Assembly (NCBI GenBank): GCA_030705825.1
Contig: JAUZPR010000001.1
Coordinates: forward strand, 17,772-81,771
Reading direction: 5' to 3'
Length of the DNA stretch: 64,000 nt
Source of the DNA: Bacillota bacterium
Lineage (GTDB): Bacteria > Bacillota > Clostridia > Acetivibrionales > JANLFN01
In this document: positions 25,053 through 35,090 of the stretch, piece after piece
Numbering within the stretch: position 1 is the stretch's first letter
Layout of the letters: each line of letters opens with the position of its first letter
Notes under the pieces: model-generated
The model's input: only the letters and a program-made list of their open reading frames with translations
Told to the model about the DNA's origin: nothing
Databases searched by the model: none
Translations under genes and position numbers: made by a program

Positions 25053-26852
25053 ATGCAGATATATAGATCTCATGTTCTTGTATGCGGCGGAACAGGCTGT
25101 ACTTCATCAAATTCTGAAAAGATTATCAAAGAATTTGAAGTGCAATTAAGTAAGGAGAAAATAGATAATGAAGTCAAGGTTGTTAAAACCGGATGCTTCG
25201 GCTTGTGTGCACAAGGCCCGGTAGTTGTTGTGTATCCGGAAGGCGCAATGTATACCATGGTTAAGGTAGAAGATGTCAAGGATATAGTATCCGAGCATCT
25301 GGTAAAAGGTAGGATTGTAAAAAGACTGCTGCCCAAGGATAACATGGATATAGACAAGGACGATGCTTCGCTGGAAAAGGTTGAATTTTTCAAGAAACAG
25401 GTAAGGATTGCCTTGAGAAACTGCGGAGTCATAAACCCTGAAGATATAGATGAATATATAGCATTCGACGGTTACAAGGCACTTGGTAAAGTATTGACCG
25501 AAATGACACCCGATCAGGTTATTGATTCCGTTAAGAAATCGGGTTTGAGGGGAAGAGGGGGCGGAGGTTTCCCAACCGGTCTGAAATGGGAGTTTACCGC
25601 AAAATCTCAAAACCAGCAGAAATATGTTTTGTGTAACGCCGATGAAGGAGATCCTGGAGCATTCATGGACAGAAGTGTCCTGGAGGGTGATCCCCACTCG
25701 GTAATAGAGGCAATGACTATTGCAGGCTATGCTGTAGGGGCAAGCCAGGGTTATATATATGTAAGGGCTGAATATCCGATAGCCGTAAAAAGACTTCAGA
25801 TAGCAATAAAACAGGCCAAGGAGTATGGCCTTTTAGGTAACAATATATTTGATTCGGGTTTTAGCTTTGACCTGGAGATAAGACTTGGTGCAGGAGCATT
25901 TGTCTGTGGTGAGGAAACTGCTCTTATGACTTCAATAGAAGGTAAAAGAGGAGAACCAAGACCAAGACCTCCATTCCCGGCTGTAAAGGGATTATGGCAG
26001 AAGCCGACACTGCTTAACAATGTTGAGACCTATGCCAATATTCCGGTAATATTCCTAAAAGGTGCAGAATGGTTTGCAAGTATAGGAACTGCAAAGAGCA
26101 AGGGAACCAAGGTATTCGCATTAGGTGGAAAAATCAATAATACCGGGCTTGTAGAAGTTCCTATGGGTACAACCATGAGAGAAGTAATTTACGAAATAGG
26201 CGGAGGAATACCTAACGGCAAGAAGTTCAAAGCCGCCCAGACAGGCGGACCTTCAGGCGGCTGTATTCCGGCAAGCCATATCGATGTTCCCATAGATTAT
26301 GATTCGCTGATAGAACTGGGTTCCATGATGGGCTCAGGCGGACTTATCGTAATGGATGAAGATAACTGTATGGTGGATATAGCAAAATTCTTCCTTGAAT
26401 TTACTGTGGATGAATCCTGTGGTAAATGTCCTCCGTGCAGAATCGGTACAAAGAGAATGCTCGAGATTCTTGAGAGAATAACCGACGGAAAAGGTGAAGA
26501 AGGGGATATCGAGAAGCTGGAAATACTTGCGAAGAACATCAAGGCTTCCGCTCTGTGCGGCCTCGGACAGACAGCTCCTAATCCGGTCTTGAGTACTCTC
26601 AGGTATTTCAGGAACGAGTATGAAGCGCATGTAAAGGATAAGAAGTGTCTTGCAGGCGTATGCAAATCCCTGATGCGCTATGTAATCCAGCCGGATGCAT
26701 GTAAAAAGTGCGGAATTTGTGCGAGAAACTGTCCGGTTAACTGTATAGAAGGCGACAAGACAAAAGCTTATGTTATAGATCAGGAAAAGTGCATCAAATG
26801 CGGAACATGTATGGAAAAATGTCCATTTAAAGCAATATTCAAAAATGCGTAA
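25053..26852 (+). CDS. hydB: NADH-linked [FeFe]-hydrogenase, NuoF-like FMN/NADH-binding subunit
   Basis: GRGGGGFPTGLKW, CGKCPPCR, and a C-terminal 2x[4Fe-4S] (CKKCGICARNCP, CIKCGTCMEKCP). Confidence 0.9.
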   Translation: MQIYRSHVLVCGGTGCTSSNSEKIIKEFEVQLSKEKIDNEVKVVKTGCFGLCAQGPVVVVYPEGAMYTMVKVEDVKDIVSEHLVKGRIVKRLLPKDNMDIDKDDASLEKVEFFKKQVRIALRNCGVINPEDIDEYIAFDGYKALGKVLTEMTPDQVIDSVKKSGLRGRGGGGFPTGLKWEFTAKSQNQQKYVLCNADEGDPGAFMDRSVLEGDPHSVIEAMTIAGYAVGASQGYIYVRAEYPIAVKRLQIAIKQAKEYGLLGNNIFDSGFSFDLEIRLGAGAFVCGEETALMTSIEGKRGEPRPRPPFPAVKGLWQKPTLLNNVETYANIPVIFLKGAEWFASIGTAKSKGTKVFALGGKINNTGLVEVPMGTTMREVIYEIGGGIPNGKKFKAAQTGGPSGGCIPASHIDVPIDYDSLIELGSMMGSGGLIVMDEDNCMVDIAKFFLEFTVDESCGKCPPCRIGTKRMLEILERITDGKGEEGDIEKLEILAKNIKASALCGLGQTAPNPVLSTLRYFRNEYEAHVKDKKCLAGVCKSLMRYVIQPDACKKCGICARNCPVNCIEGDKTKAYVIDQEKCIKCGTCMEKCPFKAIFKNA

Positions 26853-26870
26853 AGGAAGGGGAGTGTTTAT

Positions 26871-28619
26871 ATGGAAATGGTAAATATAACGATAGATGAC
26901 AGGAAGCTCCAGGTTCCAAAGAACTATACCGTCTTGGAAGCTGCCAGGTATGCGAATATAGCTATTCCTACACTTTGCTTCCTAAAGGATATAAACGAGA
27001 TCGGTGCCTGCAGAATGTGCGTAGTAGAGGTGCAGGGAGCAAGAAGCCTGCAGGCGGCTTGTGTTTTCCCGGTTTCAGAGGGCTTGGTCATATCCACAAA
27101 ATCGCCGGCGGTAAGAGAAGCCAGAAAGGTTACACTTGAACTTATCCTGTCCAACCATGACAGGAAATGCCTGACCTGTGTCAGGAGCAGAAGCTGTGAA
27201 CTTCAAAAGCTGGCTGAAGACTTGAATATCAAGGATATACGTTTTGAAGGTGAAGCTTCAAAGCATCCTATTGATAATTTCTCCCCGTCCATAGTAAGGG
27301 ATCCCAACAAATGTGTATTGTGCAGACGCTGCGTAAGCATGTGCAAGAATGTACAGGGAGTAGGAGTTATCGATACCAATGAAAGAGGCTTTAATACAAT
27401 AGTATCCTCGGCTTTTAATAAATCCTTGAACAGCGTACCCTGTACAATGTGCGGACAGTGTATAGCGGTTTGTCCCGTAGGCGCCCTGAAGGAAAAGGAT
27501 GATACCGACAAGGTTTGGGAGGCTCTCTCAAACAAGGATCTTCATGTTGTAGTACAAACAGCACCTGCAGTAAGGGTAGCTCTTGGTGAAGAATTCGGAA
27601 TGCCTATAGGTTCAAGGGTTACAAGCAATATGATTGCTTCGTTGAGAAGGCTGGGCTTTAAAAAGGTATTTGATACAGATACTGCTGCCGACCTTACAAT
27701 TATGGAGGAAGGAACCGAGCTGATAGACAGGCTGAAAAACGGGGGGAAGCTGCCCTTGATAACCTCCTGCAGCCCCGGATGGATTAAATTCTGTGAACAC
27801 AATTATCCCGAATTCATAGACAATCTCTCTTCGTGCAAATCTCCGCACGAAATGTTCGGTGCGGTTTTGAAGTCCTATTATGCCGAAAAAGAGGGAATAG
27901 ACCCGGCAAAGGTATTTGTAGTATCCATAATGCCGTGTACTGCAAAGAAGTATGAAGCTAAAAGACCTGAGCTATCATCTACCGGTTATCCTGATGTAGA
28001 TGTTGTTCTTACAACAAGAGAGCTTGCAAAAATGATTAAGGAAGCGGCAATTGACTTTACCGAGCTGCCTGAGAGACATTTTGACGATCCCATGGGTGAA
28101 GCAACAGGTGCCGGTGTTATTTTCGGCGCAACAGGTGGCGTAATGGAGGCTGCCTTAAGGACAGTGGTAGAGATTCTGGAAGGAAAATCCTTTGATAAAA
28201 TAGAGTATAATGCTGTCAGAGGTATAGATGGTATCAAGGAGGCAGTTGTCGAGGCAGGCGGGTATAAAATAAAGGCTGCCGTTGCACATGGCCTTGGAAA
28301 TGCCAGAAAGTTACTGGACAGGATTAAAGCAGGCGAAGCTCAGTATGATTTCATAGAAATCATGGCTTGCCCAGGAGGATGCGTAAATGGCGGAGGACAG
28401 CCTATTCAGCCTTCATATGTAAGAAGCTGGGTTGACCTGAGAAGTGAACGTGCCAAGGCTATATATGAAGAGGAAAGGGATCTGCCTATCAGGAAGTCCC
28501 ACGAAAATCCAAGAATACAGATGCTGTACAAGGAATACTTCGGAGAGCCGGGCAGCCATAAGGCTCATGAGCTTCTGCATACGCATTATGAGCAGAAAGA
28601 GAAATACCCTGAGAAATAG
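26871..28619 (+). CDS. hydA: [FeFe]-hydrogenase catalytic subunit
   Basis: N-terminal 2Fe-2S and 4Fe-4S domains. H-cluster motifs TSCSPGW, MPCTAKKYE and EIMACPGGCVNGGGQP. Confidence 0.9.
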   Translation: MEMVNITIDDRKLQVPKNYTVLEAARYANIAIPTLCFLKDINEIGACRMCVVEVQGARSLQAACVFPVSEGLVISTKSPAVREARKVTLELILSNHDRKCLTCVRSRSCELQKLAEDLNIKDIRFEGEASKHPIDNFSPSIVRDPNKCVLCRRCVSMCKNVQGVGVIDTNERGFNTIVSSAFNKSLNSVPCTMCGQCIAVCPVGALKEKDDTDKVWEALSNKDLHVVVQTAPAVRVALGEEFGMPIGSRVTSNMIASLRRLGFKKVFDTDTAADLTIMEEGTELIDRLKNGGKLPLITSCSPGWIKFCEHNYPEFIDNLSSCKSPHEMFGAVLKSYYAEKEGIDPAKVFVVSIMPCTAKKYEAKRPELSSTGYPDVDVVLTTRELAKMIKEAAIDFTELPERHFDDPMGEATGAGVIFGATGGVMEAALRTVVEILEGKSFDKIEYNAVRGIDGIKEAVVEAGGYKIKAAVAHGLGNARKLLDRIKAGEAQYDFIEIMACPGGCVNGGGQPIQPSYVRSWVDLRSERAKAIYEEERDLPIRKSHENPRIQMLYKEYFGEPGSHKAHELLHTHYEQKEKYPEK

Positions 28620-28656
28620 TAATAAAGATTACTAAGATAAAATAAATAAGTTTTGA

Positions 28657-28694
28657 ATAAGGTTGAAACCTTTAAGGTTTCAACCTTATTTTTT
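28657..28694 (+). terminator. Rho-independent terminator after hydA
   Basis: ATAAGGTTGAAACC pairs with GGTTTCAACCTTAT, followed by TTTTT. Confidence 0.85.
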
Positions 28695-28759
28695 GACTGT
28701 ATCCAATGCGTTAAATATGCTAAAATATAGAAAAGAGCTTATATCCGGGGGATAGATGA

Positions 28760-29938
28760 TTGAGCAGCAGAATAAGGGAAGTATACCTGATTGTTTTGTA
28801 TATACTTGGCTTTGCGGGGATTGCTATTCTAATAGCTACAGGACTTGAATCTATTTGGATCAGTATTATTTTTTCCTTGGGCTGGCTGTTATCGTTTACA
28901 ATAAGAAATCTATTGATTTATAATACTGATAACTATCGAAAGTTTGGACTCTTAACATATTTATTCGAAACCGTTATACTGATATGCATCGGTAAGGCAG
29001 GTGCCGGAGGGGCAATAAAGCTGCTTCTGCTTATAACTTATTCAGATTGCTTTATTGTTTGGGGCTTGGTTTATGGAGTATTTTTCTTCTTAATTATTCT
29101 TCTTGGATTAATAATTATTTCAAAAGATATAACTTTTTCTTCTATTTTTAAGGACTTACTTATGGTGATACTTAAAGAATCTCCTGTTTTACTTCTGACA
29201 GGAATAGTATCTTATCTAATAGGCAAAGTTTTCAGAATCAACTTTTTGTTGGAGAATTCGGTAAATGATATTGGAGAAAGAGAAGTTAAACTAACAGCTG
29301 CATATGAGGATTTGAACGCAGCATTCAAAAGCCTTGAAGAAATTACCATATTAAAAGAACGAAACAGGATAGCGCGTGAAATTCACGATACTGTTGGACA
29401 TACTTTGACAAATGTAATTGTTGAAATGGAAGCAGCAAAGTTGAATTCTGATAAACAACCCGAATTAGCAAAGAAAAGTTATGAAATGGCACAGAGTCAG
29501 GTAGTTAAGGCACTTAACGAAATGAGGCATTCTGTAAGGATGTTATCTGAGGATAAGACCAAAGGTGATCTAATACAATTAGTTACAGATATTATTGAAG
29601 ATACCTGCAAGCATACAGGCGTTTCTATTAAATACGAAATTGAAGCGATGCGTGGAATCAGAACCAGATTTGATGATTTGGTAGTAAGGGCTTTAAAAGA
29701 GGGAATTTCAAACAGCATTAGGCATGGCGCAAGTAACGTTTTTCTATTTAAACTTGTTATAAATGAGGACAGGCTTTATTTCCTCCTACAGGACAATGGA
29801 ACCGGTTGCACGGAATTTTCACCTGGTTTTGGCCTAAGTAACATGAGAAAAGGTATTGAACAGTCCGGAGGAAATATAATGTTCAGAACAGAGCCGGATG
29901 AAGGTTTTGAAATAGAATTTATATTGCCATTGAAATAA
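28760..29938 (+). CDS. Intramembrane-sensing histidine kinase (HisKA_3 / NarL-partner type)
   Basis: About 5 N-terminal TM segments with no large extracytoplasmic loop. H-box REIHDTVGHTLT. HATPase motifs DNGTG and GFGLSNM. TTG start after GGGGGA. Confidence 0.85.
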   Translation: MSSRIREVYLIVLYILGFAGIAILIATGLESIWISIIFSLGWLLSFTIRNLLIYNTDNYRKFGLLTYLFETVILICIGKAGAGGAIKLLLLITYSDCFIVWGLVYGVFFFLIILLGLIIISKDITFSSIFKDLLMVILKESPVLLLTGIVSYLIGKVFRINFLLENSVNDIGEREVKLTAAYEDLNAAFKSLEEITILKERNRIAREIHDTVGHTLTNVIVEMEAAKLNSDKQPELAKKSYEMAQSQVVKALNEMRHSVRMLSEDKTKGDLIQLVTDIIEDTCKHTGVSIKYEIEAMRGIRTRFDDLVVRALKEGISNSIRHGASNVFLFKLVINEDRLYFLLQDNGTGCTEFSPGFGLSNMRKGIEQSGGNIMFRTEPDEGFEIEFILPLK

Positions 29939-29955
29939 TAAAGGAGCCAACCTAA

Positions 29956-30603
29956 TTGAAAGAAATAAAAATATTGATTGTGGATGATCAGAAAATCCTA
30001 CAGGACGGATTAAAGGCAATACTGGAAACTAATCCGGAAATCAAGGTGATATCTACTGCTTCAGGAGGGGAAGAAGCTATTTTGGCAATTGAGAAGGATA
30101 CCCCTGATTTGGTACTAATGGATATACGTATGCCCCGGATGAACGGGGTTGAGTGTACCAGGATTATTAAGGAACGGTGGCCTTCCCTGGCTGTACTTGT
30201 ACTTACTACATTTGACGATGAGGATTATATCTCGGATGCATTGAAATTTGGAGCCAGTGGTTACCTTCTAAAGGACATAAGCGGTGAAAAATTGATACAG
30301 GCTGTTAAAGATGCATATAAAGGTGATACGTTGCTGCCATCAAAAATAGCGGCAAAAATAGCAGGAAAAATGAAGGAAAGCTCAGTCAAACTTGATTACA
30401 AACTGAAAACAGAGCTGAACTTATCCGACCGTGAGGCAGAGATAGCACAGATGATTGCAGAGGGATATACTAACAGACAGATAGCATCCTCTTTATACAT
30501 ATCAGAAGGGACAGCCAAAAATTATGCAAGTTCGGTTTACAATAAGCTGGGGGTATCAGACCGGACGGCAGCAGTGATAAGATTAAGAAAGATGATAGAG
30601 TGA
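29956..30603 (+). CDS. Response regulator, NarL/LuxR family
   Basis: Receiver domain (ILIVDDQ, LVLMDIRMP, LTTFDD) plus a LuxR-type HTH (LSDREAEIAQMIAEGYTNRQIA). Confidence 0.9.
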   Translation: MKEIKILIVDDQKILQDGLKAILETNPEIKVISTASGGEEAILAIEKDTPDLVLMDIRMPRMNGVECTRIIKERWPSLAVLVLTTFDDEDYISDALKFGASGYLLKDISGEKLIQAVKDAYKGDTLLPSKIAAKIAGKMKESSVKLDYKLKTELNLSDREAEIAQMIAEGYTNRQIASSLYISEGTAKNYASSVYNKLGVSDRTAAVIRLRKMIE

Positions 30604-30627
30604 GTTGGTAAGTCGGCTCACTTTTTT
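30599..30627 (+). terminator. Weak rho-independent terminator after the response regulator
   Basis: AGTGAG (30599-30604) pairs with CTCACT (30617-30622), followed by TTTTT. Confidence 0.5.
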
Positions 30628-30636
30628 AATGCCTAT

Positions 30637-30673
30637 ATTACTGGAGTAATATATTTTGATTACTCTTGGTACT
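30637..30673 (+). promoter_or_regulatory. Palindromic operator candidate upstream of the ABC exporter
   Basis: ATTACTGGAGTAAT (30637-30650) is a perfect 6-2-6 inverted repeat. A half-related ATTACTCTTGGTACT follows at 30659-30673. Confidence 0.45.
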
Positions 30674-30726
30674 AAAAAATGGAGAAATATGCTGATACAA
30701 TTGTATTAGAAAGGAGTTGGACATAT

Positions 30727-31869
30727 TTGAGACTAACTAAAACCATTACTGAACATAAACCATTGTCAGCTTATAAATATTTCTTGAACAATAAGAAAAG
30801 GTCATTTTCAATGATATTGGCTATTGCTGTAAGTATTCTGGCCGCCATGGTCTTTCAGCTTGTTTTTTATGCAGTTGCTGAAAGCGGACGGATGTCAATG
30901 TCAGGACGGCTGGATTATCTGACTGTAGTATATCCGGGAGATAACGGAATTGTCACCAAAAATATAACAGATAAAATAAAAGGTAGCTCTAATCTGGAAA
31001 AAATAGTTCCTATGTTGGTTTCAACTACTGATTATTACCATTTGTTCGGTAATTTGAATATACCTGTTTATGAAATAAACTCTGAAAATTTAAGTTACGT
31101 GATCGACCGCCTTGGTATGAAACTTGTAACAGGAAGTCTTCCAAAACCTGATAGTAACGAAATTTTACTGGACGAAAAAACTTTAAAAAATAAAGGGAAG
31201 CGTCTTGGAGATTATTTTGGTCGTGAAATTAACCCTGATGAAAAAATGCCTGGAAAGAATAAAATTGCGGGAGTTCTAAAGGGTGATTGCCTTATTGGCT
31301 TAATGATAACCAATAATTCATTATACCAACAGAATGGATATCTAATGTTTGCAAAAGATGGCAAACTTGATAGCCTTAACCAGGTAGTGACAAATGTAAG
31401 TTCCTTGGATGCTAAAATCCAGACAAAGGAATATGCTGAAAAATTTCGTAAGGAAGAATTGGGAACGCTTCTTACCGCTTCTTCTATTATTGCAGTAATC
31501 ATAATATTTATCATGTCGTTTGCAGCTGGTAACTCCAGCTATGCTCAGTATTTTTCAAGAAGATATGAATTTGCGATGCTGCAGTCTTTGGGCTACAGCA
31601 GGTTTAGGATTTTGATCAGAGCTGCCAAAGAAATTTTACTAATAAATATAGCAGGTCTTATAATGGGTATTTTACTACTACTGATTGTAGCATTGGGACT
31701 TAAAATCCTTATATTTGACCCCAAAGGGTATCCGTTTGTTTTTATTTCACCAGGCGGGTTGTTTTTAGCTCTTATAATACCCATGTGCACTATGGTTTTC
31801 AGCCTGATTCCGGCTTGGTGGACGTTATCCAGGGTAGACCATATGGATATTGTTGAAAAATATGAATAG
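30727..31869 (+). CDS. FtsX-like ABC transporter permease (MacB-type), copy 1
   Basis: N-terminal TM, a large extracytoplasmic domain and 3 C-terminal TM segments. TTG 30727 lies 9 nt after AAAGGAG; the track ATG 30679 is the alternative start. Confidence 0.75.
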   Translation: MRLTKTITEHKPLSAYKYFLNNKKRSFSMILAIAVSILAAMVFQLVFYAVAESGRMSMSGRLDYLTVVYPGDNGIVTKNITDKIKGSSNLEKIVPMLVSTTDYYHLFGNLNIPVYEINSENLSYVIDRLGMKLVTGSLPKPDSNEILLDEKTLKNKGKRLGDYFGREINPDEKMPGKNKIAGVLKGDCLIGLMITNNSLYQQNGYLMFAKDGKLDSLNQVVTNVSSLDAKIQTKEYAEKFRKEELGTLLTASSIIAVIIIFIMSFAAGNSSYAQYFSRRYEFAMLQSLGYSRFRILIRAAKEILLINIAGLIMGILLLLIVALGLKILIFDPKGYPFVFISPGGLFLALIIPMCTMVFSLIPAWWTLSRVDHMDIVEKYE

Positions 31870-31886
31870 TGAGGAGAGCTGTCAGA

Positions 31887-32585
31887 ATGTTTGAATTAAA
31901 AAATGTAAATCTTGTATATGATTTGGGAAAGGAAGACGTGACTTATGCATTAAAAAATATCAACTTTAATTGTGAGGATAAAGGCCTGATTGGAATTATC
32001 GGACCGTCAGGCAGCGGCAAAAGTTCAATTTTGTATGTAATGTCGGGACTAAAAAGGCCAACATCAGGAACAGTAGTCTATAATGGAAGATCTATTGATA
32101 AAATGCAATTGGACATGAAGGCAGGCATCAGATTAAAAGAGTTTGGATTTATTTTTCAAAGAGGATTTCTTATAGAATATCTTTCCGTTATTGATAATGT
32201 ACTGGTACCTGTAAATGAAAAAGGTATAGAAGCTAAATCAAAAGCAGCTATACTTCTTGATAAGCTTGGAATTCTAAAACTTGCTGATAAAAAGCCTTAT
32301 CAATTATCTGGTGGACAAAGACAGAGAGTTGCTATTGCCAGAGCTCTTATTAACAATCCCAAGGTGGTATTTGCAGATGAGCCGACAGCTGCCCTTGATC
32401 ATAAATCAGCCTCTGAGGTTATGCAAATATTGGCTGAATATTCTCAAAGTGCGCTGGTATTTGTAGTTACTCATGATACAAGCATTATTGGCGATGCAGT
32501 AAGGGTCATATCTATTTGGGACGGCAGTCTGGATTTAGGTATAGAAAACAAAATTCAAAATACAAGGCAGGGTGATAGGAAATGA
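31887..32585 (+). CDS. ABC transporter ATP-binding protein (MacB/LolD-type)
   Basis: Walker A GPSGSGKSS, signature LSGGQRQR, Walker B VVFADEPTAALD. ATG 31887 after GAGGAG. Confidence 0.9.
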   Translation: MFELKNVNLVYDLGKEDVTYALKNINFNCEDKGLIGIIGPSGSGKSSILYVMSGLKRPTSGTVVYNGRSIDKMQLDMKAGIRLKEFGFIFQRGFLIEYLSVIDNVLVPVNEKGIEAKSKAAILLDKLGILKLADKKPYQLSGGQRQRVAIARALINNPKVVFADEPTAALDHKSASEVMQILAEYSQSALVFVVTHDTSIIGDAVRVISIWDGSLDLGIENKIQNTRQGDRK

Positions 32586-33679
32586 AACCACTTTCTGCAT
32601 TTGCTTTTATAAAAGGGAGTATTCCAAAGCTGCTACCAATGGCAATAACAGTATGTCTGGCTGTTGCCGTCCTCTACTTCATGGCAATGTTTACACAACA
32701 AATTAATACAGGGGTTGAAGAAGCCGGTATTTATCCACTAGAAAAAATGTCTCTCATTTTGGGTGATAAGTCAGGTGTTTCAAAAGATGATATCAATAAT
32801 ATCGGTAAAAATATCAGTAATAGTAAAATATTTGTTATTAATCCAATTGATGTAACTTATTACAACATCATAGGATATACAAGTGCATTTATTATTATGT
32901 CCGGGCAAAAAGATATTGAACCCATAATGAAAATGCAGAACTTTAAATTGATTGAGGGGTGCTTGCCCCAAAAGCCTATGGAGATTGTATTGAACAAAAA
33001 GCTTGCAGAAAATTACGGCTTCAAGCTTGGTACTGTAATAAGGAAAAACACTAAAGGCTGGCGCATTGAAAAAGATCTGAAGGTTGTAGGGATATTTGAG
33101 GGAAGAGCAGTTACAGGTATGGGCATGGAAGATGAAAGCATCTTAAAACCGCGGAACCCGTATATTTCATTGCTGGTTGGTAGTGATGCCGGTTCGTTGC
33201 AGCCTGTAAATAAATATATAGAAAAAAACTTTTCTGGTAAATATCAAACCTTAACTTTGGAAGCAGAAAAAAATACGTTGAATAATTTTAATGGTCCGAT
33301 TAATGCATTGGAACTTTTTATCGGTTTAGTATTAATATGTGTTATAGGAGTTTTTCTGTCAAATATCACATCAATCCAATATTCCCTTCGCAGAAAGGAG
33401 CTTGAGCTGCTAAATGCAATAGGCTATACAAGAAAATACATCGTTAAAAAAGCTTTGAAGGAAATAGCAGTTGCGGCAGGTTTAGGGTATATAGTCGGTA
33501 TTTTGCTAGCTGTTGCCCTCGGCTGGGGAATGAATATATGTTTCTTAAGTGAAAAGGGAATGAGTTTTCCATTGTTTCTAGGCGGAAGCATGTTTAGTGT
33601 GCTAATAGTGCCGGCGGCAATAATATTATTCAGTATTAAAGCACCTTTGAAGCTGACCAAGTTTAGGGATCTGGCGTAA
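32582..33679 (+). CDS. FtsX-like ABC transporter permease, copy 2
   Basis: Same architecture as 30727-31869. ATGA overlap with the ATPase gene. Confidence 0.75.
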   Translation: MKPLSAFAFIKGSIPKLLPMAITVCLAVAVLYFMAMFTQQINTGVEEAGIYPLEKMSLILGDKSGVSKDDINNIGKNISNSKIFVINPIDVTYYNIIGYTSAFIIMSGQKDIEPIMKMQNFKLIEGCLPQKPMEIVLNKKLAENYGFKLGTVIRKNTKGWRIEKDLKVVGIFEGRAVTGMGMEDESILKPRNPYISLLVGSDAGSLQPVNKYIEKNFSGKYQTLTLEAEKNTLNNFNGPINALELFIGLVLICVIGVFLSNITSIQYSLRRKELELLNAIGYTRKYIVKKALKEIAVAAGLGYIVGILLAVALGWGMNICFLSEKGMSFPLFLGGSMFSVLIVPAAIILFSIKAPLKLTKFRDLA

Positions 33680-33710
33680 TTGCCCTTAATTTTGATAGCA
33701 TTTAAATTTT

Positions 33711-33735
33711 AAGCTGCCATACGGGCAGCTTTTTC
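33711..33735 (+). terminator. Rho-independent terminator
   Basis: AAGCTGCC pairs with GGCAGCTT, followed by TTTT. Confidence 0.75.
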
Positions 33736-33857
33736 TTGGTTGTAGCTAGTTAAATAATTCATAATTAAAAAAGCTAGCACTTCTTAGTTTTATATAATAA
33801 AGTGTCCTAAATTTTGGTATACTGTATCTGTACAATTTGTTAAAAGGAGGCTGCTCT

Positions 33858-34256
33858 ATGGATGAAATTCATGTCGTGGGAGCTGCAATAAGAGATGGGG
33901 AAAGGATACTGACGGCACAGCGTTCTGAAAAAATGGATGAAGCCATGAAGTGGGAATTCCCGGGAGGTAAGGTTGAAAAAAATGAAACCCATAAGGAAGC
34001 TCTTAAACGGGAATTACGGGAGGAACTTGACATCAAGGTAGATGTTGGGGAACATATAGCAACCGGCTATTCGCTGAAAGACGACCGCAAAATAGTCCTG
34101 CACGTTTATAACGCAAATATCACTTCAGGCCGGCTTGTGGTAAAGGAACACAAACAGGTAAAATGGATAAAGGTTTGTGATATAATGGATATGGATTGGG
34201 CTGAAGCTGATGTACCTGCTTGCAGGAAGATATTAGAGAATGAAGGTCTGATTTAG
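33858..34256 (+). CDS. NUDIX hydrolase (MutT-like)
   Basis: Nudix box GGKVEKNETHKEALKRELREELDI. ATG 33858 after AAAGGAGG. Confidence 0.85.
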   Translation: MDEIHVVGAAIRDGERILTAQRSEKMDEAMKWEFPGGKVEKNETHKEALKRELREELDIKVDVGEHIATGYSLKDDRKIVLHVYNANITSGRLVVKEHKQVKWIKVCDIMDMDWAEADVPACRKILENEGLI

Positions 34257-34370
34257 TTTTACAGAAAAATATTATGGTAATGAACTTTTTATATAGTTTA
34301 TCCGTATTATTAATATATTTTGAATATTTATTTGATTATGTCGGTAGTATTCAAGACACGGAGGTAAAAT

Positions 34371-35090
34371 ATGATAGAGATAAGCAATATATCCAAGAGC
34401 TACAGTAAAGGGGAAATTAAGGCTGTAGACAATTTAAGCCTCAAGGTCAACAGAGGTGAAATTTTCGGTTTTCTCGGGCCCAACGGAGCAGGGAAGACTA
34501 CAACTATTAAAATGATCGTAGGACTTTTAAATCCCGACCAGGGAAGTATAACGGTCAACGGGCTTGATATCAGGCATCAGATGCTTCAGGCTAAAAAATG
34601 TATGGGATACGCCCCGGACAACCCTGATGTATATGAAAAGCTGACAGGAATTGAATACTTGAATTTTATTGCCGATGTATACGATGTTCCATTGAAGGAA
34701 CGCAGAGAAAGAATGGAATATTTTCTGGATATGTTCGGATTGACCGATGCGGCTCCAGATCTGATAAAAAGCTACTCCCACGGAATGAAACAAAAGATAG
34801 TACTTACAGGTGCATTAATACATAACCCTGAATTATGGATTCTTGATGAACCTATGGTAGGTCTTGACCCAAAGTCGGCATTTCAGCTCAAAGAACTGAT
34901 GCGTAAACACTGCGACAACGGTAATACAGTATTTTTCTCAACCCATATCATGGAGGTGGCTGAAAAGCTGTGTGACCGAATTGGCATAATAAACAAAGGC
35001 AAGCTTGTCGCAATTGGTACGCTTGATGAATTGAAAAAGAAAGAGCATGCAGAGTCTCTTGAAAATATTTTCCTGGAGTTGACTGAATAA
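34371..35090 (+). CDS. ABC-2-type transporter ATP-binding protein
   Basis: Walker A GPNGAGKTT, signature YSHGMKQK, Walker B LWILDEPMVGLD. Confidence 0.85.
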   Translation: MIEISNISKSYSKGEIKAVDNLSLKVNRGEIFGFLGPNGAGKTTTIKMIVGLLNPDQGSITVNGLDIRHQMLQAKKCMGYAPDNPDVYEKLTGIEYLNFIADVYDVPLKERRERMEYFLDMFGLTDAAPDLIKSYSHGMKQKIVLTGALIHNPELWILDEPMVGLDPKSAFQLKELMRKHCDNGNTVFFSTHIMEVAEKLCDRIGIINKGKLVAIGTLDELKKKEHAESLENIFLELTE

